Shown here: one piece after another, positions 24,292 to 25,975 of the stretch | How positions within the stretch are numbered: position 1 is the stretch's first letter | Layout: each line of letters begins with the position of its first letter | From: Breznakia blatticola | Lineage (GTDB): Bacteria; Bacillota_I; Bacilli_A; Erysipelotrichales; Erysipelotrichaceae | DNA: 25,975 nt | Reading direction: 5' to 3' | NCBI RefSeq assembly: GCF_004365815.1 | Contig: NZ_SODD01000037.1 | Span: forward strand, 1 to 25,975 | Position numbers and translations under genes: made by a program | The notes under the pieces: model-generated | Database searches by the model: none | Seen by the model: only the letters and a program-made list of their open reading frames with translations | What the model was told of the DNA's origin: nothing

Positions 24292-25193
24292 CGTTTCCAT
24301 TTTAAGTGTTTGTTTACAGATAGTAAACTACCGATTGCTCCAACAACAATTCCTGCTAACAGCAAAATCAGTGCAATGTTTCCAATAAATGGCATTGGCT
24401 TATATAAGCGGAAAACATCAGTCAAGATTCGTCCATTAAAGTAATCATAAAGCACGTGATATCCAACCATACTTACAATGATTGGAATAATGGAACCAAT
24501 GGCACCAATCATCATCCCTTCAAAGATGAATGGGATTTTAATAAACCAGTGGCTTGCTCCTACATTACGCATAATTGCAATTTCATTACGGCGGTTTTGA
24601 ATCGCTACTTTGATCGTATTTGAGATTAGGAAAATCGCAAGTACACAAAGCACTCCAACAAAGATGGCACCACCAAGGCGTACTTGGTTAAAAACATTCA
24701 CCATACCTAAGGTTGATTCTCCACCATAGTTTGCATCATATACATTTTCAATTTTTACAGCTACATCACGCACAGTTGCCAGCGCTTCACCTTCTTTTAC
24801 ATCCAAATAGAATGCAGGTAAGAATGGTTTATCTTCGCGTAAACTTTCGTATTGTTCTCCACCTTGTTCCGTGTTTTCAATCAGTTTATCAAATTCTTGA
24901 TCACTTGATGAATACGTAACACTTTTCACATTTGGAATACGTTCTAGTTCTGCTTTGATTTCATCTTCTCTAGCTTTTGGTGTATCGCGTTCAACACGTA
25001 CTTGTACTTGTACTGCACCTTCTACTTGAGAAATGAAGTGATCCAAGTTCAATGCTGAACATAGAAAAATAGAAATCAAAATCAAGGTTACCGTAACCGC
25101 AAGTGCACTTGAAATTGTACTTGGTATATTACGACGCAAAGAATTGAATGCACTTTTTAGAAAGAATGGGATGGAGCGAAAAAACTTACTCAT
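24288..25193 (-). CDS. ftsX: FtsX paralog 1 (cell-division ABC permease-like), 301 aa from the internal ATG
   Basis: It has the same architecture as paralog 2. The ATG at 25193 forms an ATGAGTAA overlap with the ftsE stop, with GGGTGG upstream. The track's GTG at 25208 directly abuts GAAGG, which is implausible spacing. Confidence 0.85.
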   Translation of the reverse strand: MSKFFRSIPFFLKSAFNSLRRNIPSTISSALAVTVTLILISIFLCSALNLDHFISQVEGAVQVQVRVERDTPKAREDEIKAELERIPNVKSVTYSSSDQEFDKLIENTEQGGEQYESLREDKPFLPAFYLDVKEGEALATVRDVAVKIENVYDANYGGESTLGMVNVFNQVRLGGAIFVGVLCVLAIFLISNTIKVAIQNRRNEIAIMRNVGASHWFIKIPFIFEGMMIGAIGSIIPIIVSMVGYHVLYDYFNGRILTDVFRLYKPMPFIGNIALILLLAGIVVGAIGSLLSVNKHLKWKR

Positions 25194-25875
25194 GGTTAAT
25201 GTAACCACCCTTCATCATATCTGCAACAATGTATCCTTCCTCAAGTGCGATCGTACGCTTTTTAAAAGAATCCACCAATTGTTGGTCATGTGTAACCATT
25301 ACAATTGTCGTTTTTTCTTCTTCATTGATACGTTCTAGTAAACGCATAATTTCACTTGATTTTTCAGGGTCAAGGTTTCCGGTTGGTTCATCAGCAACCA
25401 ACACTTTGGGACGATTGGCAATTGCACGACCAATCGTTGCTCTTTGTTGCTGCCCACCACTTAATTCACGTGGGAAACAACGTGCCTTGTCTTCCAAATC
25501 TACAAGTTGTAATACTTCACGAACTCGTTTACGAATTTCGTGTTTATTTTCACCGATTGCTTCCATCGCAAAAGCGATATTTTCAAATACGGTTAAATTT
25601 GGTAATAAACGGAAATCTTGGAAGACAACTCCAATATTACGACGGTAATATGGAACTTTCTTAAATTTCAGTTTTCCTACATTTGTATTTACTACAGTTA
25701 CTGTTCCTTCATCAGGAACTTCCTCTCCATCGATGAGTTTAATAAATGTAGATTTTCCTGAACCTGTTGGTCCAATCAAGTATACAAACTCACCTTCAGA
25801 AATATGAAGGGTCATATTTTTTATCGCATGTACCCCGTTCGGATACGTTTTAGATACGCCCACAAAATCGATCAT
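25186..25875 (-). CDS. ftsE: Cell-division ABC ATPase FtsE, 229 aa
   Basis: Walker A GPTGSGKST, signature LSGGQQQR and Walker B VLVADEP. The size and the ftsX neighbour are typical of FtsE. GGAG lies 7 nt upstream of the ATG. Confidence 0.9.
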   Translation of the reverse strand: MIDFVGVSKTYPNGVHAIKNMTLHISEGEFVYLIGPTGSGKSTFIKLIDGEEVPDEGTVTVVNTNVGKLKFKKVPYYRRNIGVVFQDFRLLPNLTVFENIAFAMEAIGENKHEIRKRVREVLQLVDLEDKARCFPRELSGGQQQRATIGRAIANRPKVLVADEPTGNLDPEKSSEIMRLLERINEEEKTTIVMVTHDQQLVDSFKKRTIALEEGYIVADMMKGGYINHE

Positions 25876-25975
25876 TGTTACTCTCCTGGTATATTATAAA
25901 TGACTCATGTAACAGTCATCTACAGCATACCTTTCCTTTCTATCAACCGTATTTAAACCATGGTTGATTATGGTT

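Noticed and set aside
5153-25664. Many 60-140-aa plus-strand ORFs in the track (for example 5153-5407, 8754-9062, 10206-10547, 22303-22695, 23241-23633, 25229-25648) lie antisense inside long minus-strand genes.
   Set aside because: All are fully embedded in well-supported genes on the opposite strand. Their compositions are low-complexity or skewed (Ser/Cys/Phe/His-rich), as expected of antisense frames. They have no SD or promoter signals and no recognisable motifs. I treat them as shadow ORFs.
25876-25975. The palindrome AACCATGGTT (with a repeated ATGGTT) and the inverted repeat ATGACT...AGTCAT upstream of ftsE, as a possible terminator or operator and promoter.
   Set aside because: The hexamer spacings to the TATAAT are poor, the hairpin has no U-run, and the region is cut by the window edge. 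The evidence is insufficient.
1-25975. I searched for CRISPR arrays, rRNA or tRNA genes, transposases, integrases, phage genes, and classic defence or toxin-antitoxin gene pairs.
   Set aside because: There are no regularly spaced direct repeats and no cloverleaf-like or rRNA-like conserved strings. No ORF has DDE, tyrosine or serine recombinase motifs, or nuclease or NTPase defence motifs. The window reads as core chromosome.

Overview
This is an AT-rich chromosomal segment (about one-third G+C by eye, not computed) from a low-GC Gram-positive (Bacillota) bacterium. I cannot name the genus from the sequence alone. All calls rest on reading the ORF translations, motifs recalled from memory, and manual inspection of intergenic DNA. 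No BLAST, HMM or covariance searches were run.

I support 21 protein genes, 20 of them on the minus strand. In transcription order (high to low coordinates) they are:
- ftsE-ftsX
- a second ftsX paralog plus a PcsB-like coiled-coil/CHAP peptidoglycan hydrolase
- a convergent 61-aa ORF, the only plus-strand gene
- pulA (type I pullulanase)
- ung-folC-folT
- an adaA/alkA fusion plus ogt
- a monocistronic secreted protein with a DUF5011-like Ig domain and an HExxH domain
- pta
- glgC-glgD-glgA
- guaB
- a cofE-like gene plus guaA
- a LevR-type PRD regulator
- a PTS EIIA of the lactose/cellobiose family

I found no rRNA, tRNA, CRISPR array, transposase, integrase or phage genes. Most transcription units end in recognisable hairpin plus U-run terminators, and several begin with sigma-A type or extended -10 promoters.

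The most notable observations are:
1. The FtsEX module is duplicated and split. ftsE-ftsX ends in a terminator. A separately promoted, divergent ftsX paralog is then tightly linked to the coiled-coil CHAP hydrolase.
2. GuaA has lost its glutamine amidotransferase catalytic triad through an internal deletion of about 85-95 aa. It is translationally linked to a 396-aa CofE (F420-0:gamma-glutamyl ligase)-like protein.
3. The LevR-type regulator has a degenerate sigma-54-interaction AAA+ module (Walker A, GAFTGA and Walker B all lost). The PTS gene downstream has no -24/-12 promoter but sits behind a repeated ATACAC motif.
4. A 310-bp segment between two convergent genes is bounded by inverted repeats that start exactly at both stop codons. 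It contains a start-less glycine-rich ORF and a bidirectional terminator.
5. The ung-folC-folT operon has a structured 108-nt leader in front of an enlarged FolT.

I did not find a canonical defence, toxin or mobile system.
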